NCBI GenBank assembly: GCA_963702425.1
Contig: CAVPCQ010000021.1
Span: forward strand, 1 to 64,000
Length of the DNA stretch: 64,000 nucleotides
Direction: 5' to 3'
Origin: an uncultured Acidobacteriota bacterium
GTDB lineage: Bacteria; Acidobacteriota; Polarisedimenticolia; J045
A program made the position numbers and the translations under genes. Within the stretch, counting starts at the first letter, position 1. Each line of letters starts with the position of its first letter. Positions 29,196 through 39,981 of the stretch are shown in pieces. The notes below the pieces were generated by a model. The model ran no database searches. It worked only from the letters and a program-made list of their open reading frames with translations, and was not told the origin of the DNA.

Positions 29196-31111
29196 GACTC
29201 GCCCTGGTCGGCCAGCCCAACTGCGGCAAGAGTACCGTCTTCAACGCCGTCGCCGGCTACAAGTCCGCCACCGCCAACTTTCCCGGCTCGACCGTCACCT
29301 ACACCGTCAGCAAGGTGCTGGTCGAAGGGCGCGAGGTCGAGGTCGCGGACCTGCCCGGCACCTACTCGCTCACCGGCCACGACGACGCCGAGCGCGAGGC
29401 GCTGTCCTACCTGGCGACCGGCGAGCCGTCGGTCCTGATCAACATCGTCGACGCCAGCCGCCTCGGGCGCTCGCTCGAGCTGACCCTTCAGCTGCTCGAG
29501 CTCCGCCTGCCGGTGGTGATCGCGCTGAACATGATGGACGAAGCGCAGCGCAAGGGGATCGAGGTCGACGCGGCCGCGCTCTCGCGGGAGCTCGGCGTCC
29601 CGGTCGTGGCCACGGTGGCCCGGCGCGGCCTGGGCCTGGTCGAGCTGTTCGAAGCGGCGCTCGGCGCCGCGACGCGCGGCGCGGCGCCGCGCTCGCCCCG
29701 CTACAGCCGCGAGGTCGAGCGCGCGATCCACGAGGTCGAAGCGGTGCTGGGCGGGGTGCGCTTCCCCTCGCGCGTCCCGCCGCGCCTGGCCGCGATCAAG
29801 CTGCTCGAGCGCGACGTCCGGCTGACCGGCGAGCTGGCCGGGCAGGCGCCGGCGCTGGCGGGCAAGGTCGACGCCGAGGCGCGGCGCCTCGAGGAGCAGC
29901 ACGGCTGGACGTCGGATCAAGTCGTCTGCGGCGAGCGGCACACCGTCGCCCACGCGATCGAGGAGAAGGTCGCGCGTACCCGCCACGCCCACGTCGGCTG
30001 GCGCGAGCGGGCCGACGCGGTGCTGATGCACCCGCTGTTCGGGCTGCCCGTGATGATCGCGATCATGGGGGCCTTCTTCTGGCTCGTCTTCGGCGCGGGG
30101 AAGTACCTCGAGGCGCCGCTGCTGGCGGCTTTCGACAAGCTCGGCGCGTGGGCCGGAACGATGCTCCCGCCCGACTCCGCCGCGGGCGCGATCCTGCAGG
30201 GCACGATCCTCGGGATCTCCGGCGGGCTCGGGATCGTGCTGCCCTACCTGGTGCCGTTCCTGGTCGGCCTGGCCGCGCTGGAGGACAGCGGCTACCTGCC
30301 GCGCATGGCCTACCTGCTCGACGGCGTGATGCACCGGCTCGGCCTGCACGGCAAGTCGGTGGTCCCGCTGATGCTCGGCTACGGCTGCTCGGTCCCGGCG
30401 GTGATGGCCACGCGGATCCTGGAATCGCCGCGCGACCGCCGCGTCACCGCGACGCTGGCGATCCTGATCCCCTGCTCCGCGCGCAGCACCGTGATCCTCG
30501 GCCTGGTCGGCGCCCAGCTGGGCGCGCTGGCGGCGATCGTGATCTACCTCGTCAACCTCGCCGTGACCGCCGGCCTGGCGGTGGTGCTGGAGCGCAAGAC
30601 CGCCGGCCTCTCGCCGGGCCTGATCCTCGAGGTCCCGGACCTGCGCGCACCGTCGCTGCAGACCGTCTTCAGCCGGGCCTGGATCGCGATCCGCGAGTTC
30701 CTGGCGATCGCCTGGCCGATGCTCATCGCCTCCTCGATCGTGCTGTCGCTGCTGCAGATCAGCGGGCTCGAGGCGCTGATCAACCGCGGCCTCTCGCCGC
30801 TCACGGTCACGCTGCTCGGCCTGCCGCTGGCGGTCGGCGTGACGATCGTCTTCGGGGTGCTGCGCAAGGAGCTGTCGCTGATGATGCTCATGCAGGCGCT
30901 CGGAACGACCGCGGTGGCGACCGTGATGACCCCGGCGCAGATGATCTCCTTCGCGCTGTTCGTCGTCTTCTACGTCCCGTGCGTCGCGACGCTGGCGGTG
31001 CTCTGGCGCGAACTGGGCTGGAAGGAGACCGCCTGGATCAGCGGGATGACGGTCGTGCTGGCGACCGCCGTCGCGGTGGCGGGGCGGTTCGCGGCGGGTG
31101 CGTTCTACTAG
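29192..31111 (+). CDS. feoB: Ferrous iron transport protein B
   Basis: GQPNCGKST, NFPGSTV, DLPGTYSL, NMMD, LEDSGYLPR, GYGCSVPA, YVPCVAT. Confidence 0.96.
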   Translation: MRLALVGQPNCGKSTVFNAVAGYKSATANFPGSTVTYTVSKVLVEGREVEVADLPGTYSLTGHDDAEREALSYLATGEPSVLINIVDASRLGRSLELTLQLLELRLPVVIALNMMDEAQRKGIEVDAAALSRELGVPVVATVARRGLGLVELFEAALGAATRGAAPRSPRYSREVERAIHEVEAVLGGVRFPSRVPPRLAAIKLLERDVRLTGELAGQAPALAGKVDAEARRLEEQHGWTSDQVVCGERHTVAHAIEEKVARTRHAHVGWRERADAVLMHPLFGLPVMIAIMGAFFWLVFGAGKYLEAPLLAAFDKLGAWAGTMLPPDSAAGAILQGTILGISGGLGIVLPYLVPFLVGLAALEDSGYLPRMAYLLDGVMHRLGLHGKSVVPLMLGYGCSVPAVMATRILESPRDRRVTATLAILIPCSARSTVILGLVGAQLGALAAIVIYLVNLAVTAGLAVVLERKTAGLSPGLILEVPDLRAPSLQTVFSRAWIAIREFLAIAWPMLIASSIVLSLLQISGLEALINRGLSPLTVTLLGLPLAVGVTIVFGVLRKELSLMMLMQALGTTAVATVMTPAQMISFALFVVFYVPCVATLAVLWRELGWKETAWISGMTVVLATAVAVAGRFAAGAFY

Positions 31112-31129
31112 ACCGCGCGCGGCGCGCCG

Positions 31130-33568
31130 TCACCGGCCGTAATGCCCCCACGCGCTCTCGCCGCGCGGGCTGACACCGGTGACGAGGTACATCAGCAGCG
31201 GCGCGCTGGCCCCGTCCTCGAACACGGTGTCGGTGCGGTTCGGGTCCGACGCGCTGACGTCCGAGAAGGACGCCGCCGAGGCCGGGTCGGTGCCGCGGTA
31301 GACCCGGTAGGACGTGAGACCGGGGTAAGGCCACCAGTCGAGCACGACGTCCCCCCCGTGCCGCGTCACCGCGCGCAGGCGCATCTCCGGCGGCCTGGAT
31401 TCGAACGGCCGGCCGCAGACCTCGACCGACCAGTTGTTGAGCGTGCCCGAGTTCGCCGGCACGGCGTCGGTCACCTTCAGCGTCCACGTCCCTTGCGACC
31501 CCTCGCCGTTGAAGCGCGCCAGCGGCTCGGCCGGCGCGATCTGCGCGTCGTACCAGCCGACGATGTTGCTCCCCGAGCCCCCGGTCCGGTTGTGCAGCGC
31601 GACCGGCGTCCCCGCCGGCGAGATCGCGCTGACGGCGAGATCGCCCTTGTACGAGTGCGTGACGTTGACGTAGACGTTGACCTCGTCGAGCTCGACCTGG
31701 TTCGTGACGCTGATGCTCGAGGTGCGGGTGCTGCGGTCCGGGACGGGGATCGCGCCACCCGTCGAGTTGAACGTCGTGCAGGCCCGCGACCCGACCGGGA
31801 CGAAGAACGGGTCGGAGGTGCCGGTCTTCGACGAGGCCGTCCACTTGACCACGAAGCCGGCCTTGCTCCCCGTCGGGGCACTCGAGGCGAGCGACACCGA
31901 GTAGTGCGGCGGCTGCGACTGGGCGCTGGCGCCGACCGCGATCGCCGGGTAGGTCGCCGAGCTGCGGGGCACGGTCGCGGTCCAGCCGATCGGCTGCAGG
32001 ATCCCCGAGACGTTCGACGCGTACGCGCCCAGGTTGCGCAGGACGACCGCCATGTCGGTCGTCTCCCCCGGGTCGAGCACGCCGTTGCCGCCCGTGCCAT
32101 CCAGAATGGTGTAGCTCGTCGGCTGCAGGTCGACCGTCGTCGGCTGCATGGCGACGTCGCGCCGGGCCGCCGGTCCTCCGACCGGGACGACCACTTCGCG
32201 CAGGATCTCGGTCACGTGCCCGGAGGCGGACAGTTCCAGCGTGTAGGTTCCGGGCAGCACCAGCCGGTGGTAGTCCCCGACCTCCGGGTCGCCGTAGCTG
32301 TTGGCCGCGTTGCCGACGACCTTGACCGTCGCCTTCAGCGGCGCGCCGGTCGTCCCATCGGTCACAACCCCCCGTACCCCGTCCTGCACCCGCTCCAGGT
32401 AGGCCAGCATCGCCTCCCGGTTCTCTTCCCAGTAGCTCGGCAGTGACGAGGCGGCCGGCCACTTGGTGCCGATCTCCATCGTGATGTCCCACGTCCCGCG
32501 CCAGACGTAGTTCCAGTCCTGCATCCCGCCGCGGACGACGTACCAGTCGGCCCCGTTGCAGATCCCGTTGAAGAAGGAGCTGTCCGAGTTGTTGGCGAAC
32601 AGGCTCGGGTTCCGGTCAGCGTAGGTCCGCGCCAGCGAGACGAACGGCACGTCGTCCGGGCAGGCGCTGTAGACCGACGAGCCGCTCGCCGTGCCGTCGT
32701 AGGGGTAGTTCGCAATCAGCTCGCCGCCGTGGAAGTTGGCCGAGATGTTGACCGAGTGCGCGAAGCCCCAGTTCATCACCGCCTGGACCTCGAGCGGGCG
32801 CCCGGCCGGGCTGTCGACCGGATCGGTGAACTGGTCCGGGAAGCTGCGGTTGAGGTCATAGCCGTTGGCGTTGTAGCGCTGCCCCAGCTCGGTGCCGTCG
32901 GGGTTCATCGACGGCAGGATCCAGATCTCCGTCTCGTCCACCATCCGCTTGATCCGCGGATCGGTCGCGTAGTTGTCGACCAGCAGGTTGATCAGGCCGA
33001 TGCACAGCTCCTTGCCGACGACCTCGTCACCGTGGATCGCAGCGATGTAGCGGGCCGCCGGCTCATCCTCCGCCACGCCCGGGTTGTCGGAGACCTTCAT
33101 GATCCACAGCTCGCGCCCCTGCACCGACAGGCCGGCGCTGTAAAGCCGCACCAGGTCCGGGTGCGCCGCCGCGATCTGCTGCAGTTCCGAGGTCAGCGTG
33201 GCGTAGGTGTGGTACGAGGGCGGGATCGAGTCCGGCGCGGCCGGCGCGAGCGGGGCCTTGGCGGCGCGCTCGCGCTCCCACTGCAGGTGCGCCTCGTCGG
33301 CGACCTGCTCGACGTCGAACCCCAGCTCGCGCAGCTTCACCAGCTCCTTCTCGACCAGGTAGGCGCGCGCGCGGTCGAAGCGCACGCCGTCGACGTCGAT
33401 GTCCAGCTCCAGGAGCAGTCGGAGGTCCTCGACCCGGTCGCGCAGGCGGATCTCGACCGGGAAGACGGGGCCCGGCTCGCCCCGGCCGGCGGCGAGGCCG
33501 GCCGGCAGGGATCCGAGGAGCACGAGCAGCGCAACCAGGGCGAGGAGCGTCGTCTTCAAGGTCTTCAA
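31130..33568 (-). CDS. Secreted M14 zinc carboxypeptidase (N/E subfamily-like) with P-domain and the shared C-terminal domain
   Basis: IHGDE, MNPDG, RYNANGYDLNRSFP, NFHGG..ANYPYD, GGMQDWNY; P-domain THSYKGDL..GTWTLKVTD. Confidence 0.9.
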   Translation of the reverse strand: MKTLKTTLLALVALLVLLGSLPAGLAAGRGEPGPVFPVEIRLRDRVEDLRLLLELDIDVDGVRFDRARAYLVEKELVKLRELGFDVEQVADEAHLQWERERAAKAPLAPAAPDSIPPSYHTYATLTSELQQIAAAHPDLVRLYSAGLSVQGRELWIMKVSDNPGVAEDEPAARYIAAIHGDEVVGKELCIGLINLLVDNYATDPRIKRMVDETEIWILPSMNPDGTELGQRYNANGYDLNRSFPDQFTDPVDSPAGRPLEVQAVMNWGFAHSVNISANFHGGELIANYPYDGTASGSSVYSACPDDVPFVSLARTYADRNPSLFANNSDSSFFNGICNGADWYVVRGGMQDWNYVWRGTWDITMEIGTKWPAASSLPSYWEENREAMLAYLERVQDGVRGVVTDGTTGAPLKATVKVVGNAANSYGDPEVGDYHRLVLPGTYTLELSASGHVTEILREVVVPVGGPAARRDVAMQPTTVDLQPTSYTILDGTGGNGVLDPGETTDMAVVLRNLGAYASNVSGILQPIGWTATVPRSSATYPAIAVGASAQSQPPHYSVSLASSAPTGSKAGFVVKWTASSKTGTSDPFFVPVGSRACTTFNSTGGAIPVPDRSTRTSSISVTNQVELDEVNVYVNVTHSYKGDLAVSAISPAGTPVALHNRTGGSGSNIVGWYDAQIAPAEPLARFNGEGSQGTWTLKVTDAVPANSGTLNNWSVEVCGRPFESRPPEMRLRAVTRHGGDVVLDWWPYPGLTSYRVYRGTDPASAASFSDVSASDPNRTDTVFEDGASAPLLMYLVTGVSPRGESAWGHYGR

Positions 33569-33606
33569 GCCATCCTCCGCGGCGGACCTCAGGGACAATC
33601 CCTATC

Positions 33607-36600
33607 TTACGGGCAGACGCCCGAGCTGTTCTGGTTCCGCGGCCCCGTGGTCGCGTTACCGGCAGGCCCTTCGCCGCCGGCGTTCGCCGCGCGCACCAGG
33701 TACCAGTGCAGCCCGCCCGCCGGCGGCGCCTCCAGCAGCACCGGACCGGTGAACGGATCGGTCGTCGTCAGCCGCAGGCAGGAGTCGTTGGCCGCCGTGA
33801 CCAGCGCCGGCAGGTCGGCCCCGATGCCGCGGTAGAGCCGGTACGAGGTCGCGCCGGCGATCGGCTCCCACTGCTGGGCGGTCTTCCCGATCCAGGCCTG
33901 CTGGACCGGCTCGGCCGTCGGCGGGGCCGACAGGCAGTCGTTGCAGGCGTAGCCGGAACCGGTCGTCAGCTCGAGCGACCAGCCCGTGATCGTCCCGGTG
34001 TCGCTGCCCGCGGAGTCGACGGCCTTCAGCGTCCAGGTGCCGTTGGCCGCGATCCCGCTCAGCCCGCTCAGCGGGGCGTCCGGGATGAAGGAGCCGGTGA
34101 AGGGGGCGGTCCCGCTGGCGATCGGCGTCGTCGCCGCGTCGTCGAAGACCGTCTCGACGAAGTTGTCGCCGGACGAGCCGCGACGGTTCGAGAGCGCGAT
34201 CGGGACACCGTTGGGCCCGATCAGCGTGAGGGTCAGGTCGCCGTCATAGGTGTGCGTGATGTTGACCTTGACCTTCACCTTCTGGACCGGGTTCGTGTCG
34301 GTGACGACGATCGTGCTGCTCGCGCCGGTCGGATCGCTGTCCGGGATCGGCTTCGGAATGTCGATCGACGGGTAGGTGGTCGTGGCGTACGCCAGCGCAC
34401 CGACCTTCACCGTGAAGGGGCTGCTGAACGTCCCCTGGCTGGTCCGGACCGTCAGGACAAAGGCGATGTCGCTGCCGCACGGCACGCCCAGGCCCGCGAT
34501 GAAGCCGAAGTGGGGGACGACACTCGCCGCGGTCGCGTTGACCGCGAGATTCGGGTAGGTGGCGACCGCGCGCGTGACGTAGACATCCGGCGTGGTCGTG
34601 GTCAGCGTCGCCGAGACGCCCGCCAGGTCGATCGCGCCGTTGTTGCGGATCACGACCGGCAGCGTGACGTCGTCGCCGCGGTCGACGATTCCGTTGCCGT
34701 TGCCGGGGCCGCCCGCGGCGCAGGTATCGGCTGCCACGGAGAACGACTGGTAGACGGCCGACGGCCCGCAGACCCGCGGCTCGTAGGTGAACTGCAGGCT
34801 CCAGTCCTGGATCGTGCCCGAGTCGCCGGAGGCCGAGTCGACCACCTTCAGCTTCCAGGCGCCGCTCGCGACCTTGCCATTCACCGCGCTCAGCGGGTTC
34901 TCGGGGCGGTACGAGCCGCTGAACGGGGCCGTACCGCTGGCGATCGCCGTCGCGGCCGCGTCGTCGAAGATCGTGCCGGTGTAGTTGTCGCCGGACGAGC
35001 CGCGCCGGTTCGACAGGGCGATCGTCGTCCCGTCGGGGGCGACCAGGCTCAGCGAGTTGTCGCCATCGTAGGTGTGGGTGATGTTCACGACGACGTTCAG
35101 GTCGACGATCTTGTCGAGGTCGGCCACGTTGATCGTGCTCGTCGCGCCCGTCGCGTTGTTGTCCGGGATGGCGAGCGGCGTGTCCGTGCTGGTGTACGTG
35201 GCGTTCGTGTTCTGCAGGGTCGTGAAGAGGTAGTAGTTGCCGCCGTTGGTGTCCACCGTCGCGTTGCCGTGCGCGTCCACCGACTCGACCGCGTAGTAGT
35301 AGTTCGAGCAGGCGGCGAGCCCGGTCAGGGCCACGGCGTGACCGGTGACGAGGGCGCCGGCCGAGGTCGTCAGCCCCGGCGGGATCGCCGGCCCGTAGTG
35401 CACCACGCTGGTCGCCGCGTCGTCCGTCAGCCATTGGACCACCGCGCTGTTCCCCGTGACGCCCGACGCGAAGACGTTCGAGATCACCGGTGCATCGCAG
35501 TCGGTGCCGGCGGTGGTGCTGACCGGGACGTTGAAGTTCCCCTGGCCGTCGTCGGCGTCGAGGTAGGTGACCGTCAGCGTGTCCGCGTTCACGACGGAGA
35601 CGACGCCGTCGCCCGGGGAGGCCGGTGCGGCTGTCAGGGTGACCGTCCCCTGGAACCAGGTGTCGCGCGGCGCGGCGAGCCGCGTCAGGGTCACGCTCTC
35701 GCCGATCGTGTCGGTCTCGGAGGTCGCGGCGACCGTCAGCGTCGGCCCGGCGACGTTGGTGTCCTTGACGGTGATCGTTGCGCTGCCGGTGCAGCTATAG
35801 ACGTCGGCGTCCAGGCCGAGCTGCGCCCCGCAGGGCGCCGGCGGAAAGAGCAGCGTCAGGGACCAGTTGTCGATCGTCCCGGTATCGCTGCTCGCGTTGT
35901 CCACGACCTTCAGAGTCCAGTCGCCGTAGGACGCGATGCCGTTGAGGACGGCGAGCGGGCTTTCCGGCCGGAACGAGCCGGTGAACGGCGCCGTGCCCGC
36001 GGAGATCGCGGTCGCCGCGTCGTCGTCGAAGGCCGTGGCCAGGTAGTTATCGCCGGACGAGCCGCGCTTGGTCGAGAGCGGCACCGTGCGCCCGTCGGGC
36101 GCAATCAGCGTGAGGGCGATGTCACCGTCGAACGAGTGGGTGATGTTGACCGTCACGACGATCTTCGACACGTACTCGAAATACGGGACGTTGATCGTGG
36201 CGGTCGCGCCCGCCGCGCTGTTGTCGGGGATCGGCACGGCCGGACCGGCATACGGGTAGGTCGGGTTGGTGTTCGTGCCGGTGCGGAAGCTGTAATACGC
36301 GCCGCCGTTGGTGTCGGTCGTCGGGTTGCCGGCCGGGTCCGTCGACGTCACCGAGTAGTAGTAGGTCGTGCACGGGAGCAGGCCGGCCAGGTTGACGAGG
36401 TGGTTCACGGTCACGACGGCGCTCGATGCCGACCCCGCGACGGGCGGTGAGACGGTGTCGTACGTCACGGAAGCGGTCGACAGCTCGTCCGTGGTCCAGA
36501 CGACCTGGGCCGAGTTCCCGGTCACGTTCTGCGTCGCGACGGCCGAGATCATCGGGCCGGCGCAGTCGATCAGCGCAGTCGTCGTCACCGGCACGTTCAC

Positions 36601-38310
36601 GCCGCCGTTGCCGTCGTCCTCGTCGATGTAGAGCACGGTCACGACGTCGCCCGGGCGCACCGAAAGGTGCCCGTCGCCGTTGACCGGCGCGCCCGGGGTC
36701 ACCGGGAAGGTCCCGGTGAAGAAGCCGGACCCCGGCTCGGTGGCCGTCAGCACGACCGTCTCGGGCGCGGTCTCGGTGTTCGACGTGACGGTGACCGCCT
36801 GCGTCTCGTAGCCGCGCAGGTTGTCGTCGCGCAGCGTGATCAGGATCGTGTCGGTGCAGGCGTAGGTGGCGCTGTCGAGCGAGATCGACCCGGTCGGGTT
36901 GAAGGCGCAGACCACGCCGGCGACGCCGTCCATCGTCAACTGGCCGGTGACGTTCGGGTCCAGCCAGTCCGACAGACGGCTCGCGCTGGTGCCGCCACCG
37001 ATCCACGAGGCGTCGACCTTGCCGTACTCGTCGTAGGTGATGCTGGTGCACGACGCCGTGCCGCCGTGAAGCTGGCCGATGATGTGGTGGTTCTGGTCGA
37101 AGAGCGGCGAGCCGGAGGATCCGGGCTCGGTCGTCCCCTGCTCGTACTCCCCGATGCGCCAGTGGTTGGGGCCCCAGTTGCTGCCGTTCGTGGCCGGGTC
37201 GTCATCGTAGGCGATCTTCTTCACGTCGCCCCGCGGGTGGTGGATGACGGTGCTCTCGTTCGGGGGGGTCGTGCCGCGGTTCCAGCCGTTGTAGTAGGCG
37301 TTCCACGCCTCGAGCGGGCTGCCGTTCATCTGCAGCAGGGTGAAGTCGCTGCTGGCGTAGTTTGCCAGGACGGTCGCGCCGCTGACGGTCTGGGTGCTTG
37401 GAGGCGGCGGGTTGCCGCTCCCGCACGCCGAACGCTCGAAGTTGAACCCGAACACGGTGCTCGTGCCGGCATTGCAGTGGGCGGCGGTCAGGACGTAGGG
37501 CCGGCAGTCGTTGGCGGTCGTGTTGATCAGCGAGCCGGAGCAGAAGCCCTCGCCGCCGCTCAGCAGGATCACCGCGCCGCGCTTCTCGTTCTGCCAGTTT
37601 GCGCCGAGCGGACAGGCGACGTCGATGTTGCAGGAGCCGGAGTCGCCGATCCCCTTCTCGCCGGCCTTGGCCCGGCCGATCGTGCCGAACGGCAGGTAGC
37701 CGTGCGACACGGCGCCCAGGTGCAGCCGGGGCGCGACCCCCGCGAGCTTCGCGGGCCAGACCAGCTCGACGACGAGCTGGTCACCCTCGATCGGCGGCGT
37801 CCAGAGCTCGCCGTGGGGCCGGACGTCGGCGGCGGTGTACGAGCGCGGGCTCTTCAGCGCCGGGTCGTAGACGAAGAGGGTCGCCCCGTCCTCGATCCGG
37901 AACTCGTCGAAGCCCAGGACGATCCACAGCGCGTCGGCGGAGCGGACCGAGAGGCGCCAGATCCGGCCGCCGTCCTTCAGGTCCTCCCAGGTGCCGCTGC
38001 TCGCGGGCGAGAGGTCGGTCGCCATCCGGTAGCCGATCCGCAGCGGCGTCCCGAGCTTCCCGTCGCGGGTCGCGTCCTCCCGCAGCAGCTTCGGGACGTC
38101 GACCGGCGGCGACGTCCATGCGGCCACCTCGCCCAGGGGCTTGAGGCCTTCGCGCGCCGGCGAAACCGGCATCGCGGACCCGTCCGCGAGCGCGACGACC
38201 TGCAAGGCCGCCGACGCGAGCAGCGCGAGCAGTCCGGCGGCGGCACGGGACGGGCGGATCAGGCGGGACGGACGGACGGAGCGGGAACCTGGAGCCTGCC
38301 TGCGTGTCAT
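33607..38310 (-). CDS. Secreted lysyl endopeptidase-like serine protease with Fn3-like domains, three P-domains and the shared C-terminal domain
   Basis: CSGSLIN, LTAAHC, DFTLL, TEPGSSGSPLF, GQLHGG..DEYGK..RLSDWLDP; three ITH(S/T)xDGD..GxWxLKxVD units. Confidence 0.9.
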   Translation of the reverse strand: MTRRQAPGSRSVRPSRLIRPSRAAAGLLALLASAALQVVALADGSAMPVSPAREGLKPLGEVAAWTSPPVDVPKLLREDATRDGKLGTPLRIGYRMATDLSPASSGTWEDLKDGGRIWRLSVRSADALWIVLGFDEFRIEDGATLFVYDPALKSPRSYTAADVRPHGELWTPPIEGDQLVVELVWPAKLAGVAPRLHLGAVSHGYLPFGTIGRAKAGEKGIGDSGSCNIDVACPLGANWQNEKRGAVILLSGGEGFCSGSLINTTANDCRPYVLTAAHCNAGTSTVFGFNFERSACGSGNPPPPSTQTVSGATVLANYASSDFTLLQMNGSPLEAWNAYYNGWNRGTTPPNESTVIHHPRGDVKKIAYDDDPATNGSNWGPNHWRIGEYEQGTTEPGSSGSPLFDQNHHIIGQLHGGTASCTSITYDEYGKVDASWIGGGTSASRLSDWLDPNVTGQLTMDGVAGVVCAFNPTGSISLDSATYACTDTILITLRDDNLRGYETQAVTVTSNTETAPETVVLTATEPGSGFFTGTFPVTPGAPVNGDGHLSVRPGDVVTVLYIDEDDGNGGVNVPVTTTALIDCAGPMISAVATQNVTGNSAQVVWTTDELSTASVTYDTVSPPVAGSASSAVVTVNHLVNLAGLLPCTTYYYSVTSTDPAGNPTTDTNGGAYYSFRTGTNTNPTYPYAGPAVPIPDNSAAGATATINVPYFEYVSKIVVTVNITHSFDGDIALTLIAPDGRTVPLSTKRGSSGDNYLATAFDDDAATAISAGTAPFTGSFRPESPLAVLNGIASYGDWTLKVVDNASSDTGTIDNWSLTLLFPPAPCGAQLGLDADVYSCTGSATITVKDTNVAGPTLTVAATSETDTIGESVTLTRLAAPRDTWFQGTVTLTAAPASPGDGVVSVVNADTLTVTYLDADDGQGNFNVPVSTTAGTDCDAPVISNVFASGVTGNSAVVQWLTDDAATSVVHYGPAIPPGLTTSAGALVTGHAVALTGLAACSNYYYAVESVDAHGNATVDTNGGNYYLFTTLQNTNATYTSTDTPLAIPDNNATGATSTINVADLDKIVDLNVVVNITHTYDGDNSLSLVAPDGTTIALSNRRGSSGDNYTGTIFDDAAATAIASGTAPFSGSYRPENPLSAVNGKVASGAWKLKVVDSASGDSGTIQDWSLQFTYEPRVCGPSAVYQSFSVAADTCAAGGPGNGNGIVDRGDDVTLPVVIRNNGAIDLAGVSATLTTTTPDVYVTRAVATYPNLAVNATAASVVPHFGFIAGLGVPCGSDIAFVLTVRTSQGTFSSPFTVKVGALAYATTTYPSIDIPKPIPDSDPTGASSTIVVTDTNPVQKVKVKVNITHTYDGDLTLTLIGPNGVPIALSNRRGSSGDNFVETVFDDAATTPIASGTAPFTGSFIPDAPLSGLSGIAANGTWTLKAVDSAGSDTGTITGWSLELTTGSGYACNDCLSAPPTAEPVQQAWIGKTAQQWEPIAGATSYRLYRGIGADLPALVTAANDSCLRLTTTDPFTGPVLLEAPPAGGLHWYLVRAANAGGEGPAGNATTGPRNQNSSGVCP

Positions 38311-38508
38311 GAGCGCCCCTCTCACTGGACGAAACCCCACACTTCACCCGCGACGGAGCCGCGAGCCCAAAACTCCGGTGAAAGGTCCGGTTCCTGGCGC
38401 GTCGCGGCAAGGCAGAATCTGGCGGGGTCGCGCGGCCCGATCGGGCGCGGTGTCTTACCCGCGTAACGCGCGAGGTGCCTCCCCCTGTCCCCTATACTCC
38501 GCCCCGCC

Positions 38509-39981
38509 ATGGACACCCCCCGCAGCGAGGCCCGGCGCCGCCGGATCGAGGCCAGCCTGGACTGGCTCGCGCGCTACGACGCGATCGTCGACGACCCGGC
38601 CGCCTTTCGCGCCGCGCTCGAGCCTCCCACGCCGGTCGACCTGCTCGTCCACCCCGGACGCACGACGCCTGCGGAACTCGGCAAGGCACTCACCGCGCGC
38701 GGCCTCACCGTCGAGACCCTCGACTGGGCCCCGCACCACCTGCGCGTCGGCCCCGGCGAGGCGCCGCTGCCCGGCGCCGGCACGCTGCCCGAGGTGGTCT
38801 TCGGCTTCGCCCTCCCGCAGGGCGCGTCGAGCGCGACCGCGGCGCAGGCGCTCGCGCCGCGCGCCGGCGAGATCGTCGCCGACCTCTGCGCCGCGCCGGG
38901 CGGCAAGACCGCGCTGCTCGCGCTGCTCGCCGGCGACCGCGCGCGGATCGTCGCCGGCGACCCGTCGGCCGATCGCTGCGGCCTGCTCGTCACCAACCTC
39001 GCGCGGCTGGCGCTGACGGGGCCGCTGGTCGTGAAGCAGGACGCGGCGGCGATGCCCGCCGCGGCGCCGTTCGACGCGATCCTGCTCGACGCGCCGTGCA
39101 CCGGCGAGGGGACCTTCCGCCTCGCTTCCCCGCGCTACGAGCCGCGCGGCGAGAGCGGCTTCGGCCCGGCGTGCGCGCTGCAACGGCGGCTGCTCCACCG
39201 CGCGCTCGACCTGCTCGCGCCCGGCGGGCGGCTGGTCTACGCCACCTGCTCGTACGCGCCGGAGGAGAACGAGGAGGTCCTCGCCGCCGCACTTGCCGCG
39301 CGCGACGACGTGGCGCTGGCACCGCTGCCGGCCGGGACGCCGGGGCTCCCCGGCCTCGCCGCCTGGGGCGACCGGCGCTTTCCCGCGGAGATGGCGCACG
39401 CGCGTCGGCTCTTCCCGCACCACACCGGCTCGTGGGGCTTCTTCCTGGCGAAGCTGGAGAAGCGCGCCAGCGACGGCGGCGGCTCGATCGGCTCGCTCCT
39501 CGCGCCCAACGCGAAGGCCGCCGACGCGCCCCCCACCGACGACCCCGGAGCCCGCGCCGAACTCGCCGCCTTCCTTGCCGACCGCTTCGGCGTCGACACC
39601 GACTCCGCCCTCGCCGAGCACCTCGTCACCGCCCGCGGCCGCGACCTCTGGCTCCTCTCGCGTCCCGCTGCCCTCGCCGGCCACGACGTCGATCTGTCCG
39701 CGCTCTCCGTCGTCGCCCCCGGGATGCGCGCGCTGCACCGCACCAACACCGGTCCGCGCGCGACCAACAGCCTGCTGCGCTGGCTCGGCCCGCGGATCAC
39801 GCAGCGCGTCGCGGAGCTGGACGGCGAGACCGCGCGGCGGCTACTGGCATGTGGACCGCTCCCCTGCCTCGATCAATCACTGCGCGGCGCGGTCGCCGTG
39901 CGGGTGGACGGGGTCGTCGTCGGCGCGGGACACGTCAGGGACGGGATGCTCCAGTTCGAGATCCCCGCGGCCTGGCGCTGA
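38509..39981 (+). CDS. RsmB/NOP2-family RNA m5C methyltransferase (RsmF-like)
   Basis: DLCAAPGGKT, ILLDAPCTGEG, LVYATCS..EENE. Confidence 0.88.
   Translation: MDTPRSEARRRRIEASLDWLARYDAIVDDPAAFRAALEPPTPVDLLVHPGRTTPAELGKALTARGLTVETLDWAPHHLRVGPGEAPLPGAGTLPEVVFGFALPQGASSATAAQALAPRAGEIVADLCAAPGGKTALLALLAGDRARIVAGDPSADRCGLLVTNLARLALTGPLVVKQDAAAMPAAAPFDAILLDAPCTGEGTFRLASPRYEPRGESGFGPACALQRRLLHRALDLLAPGGRLVYATCSYAPEENEEVLAAALAARDDVALAPLPAGTPGLPGLAAWGDRRFPAEMAHARRLFPHHTGSWGFFLAKLEKRASDGGGSIGSLLAPNAKAADAPPTDDPGARAELAAFLADRFGVDTDSALAEHLVTARGRDLWLLSRPAALAGHDVDLSALSVVAPGMRALHRTNTGPRATNSLLRWLGPRITQRVAELDGETARRLLACGPLPCLDQSLRGAVAVRVDGVVVGAGHVRDGMLQFEIPAAWR

Noticed and set aside
39935-39981. 47-bp convergent overlap between the RsmF-like and 4Fe-4S genes
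   Set aside because: Short 3' overlaps are common in high-GC genomes; no sign of function.
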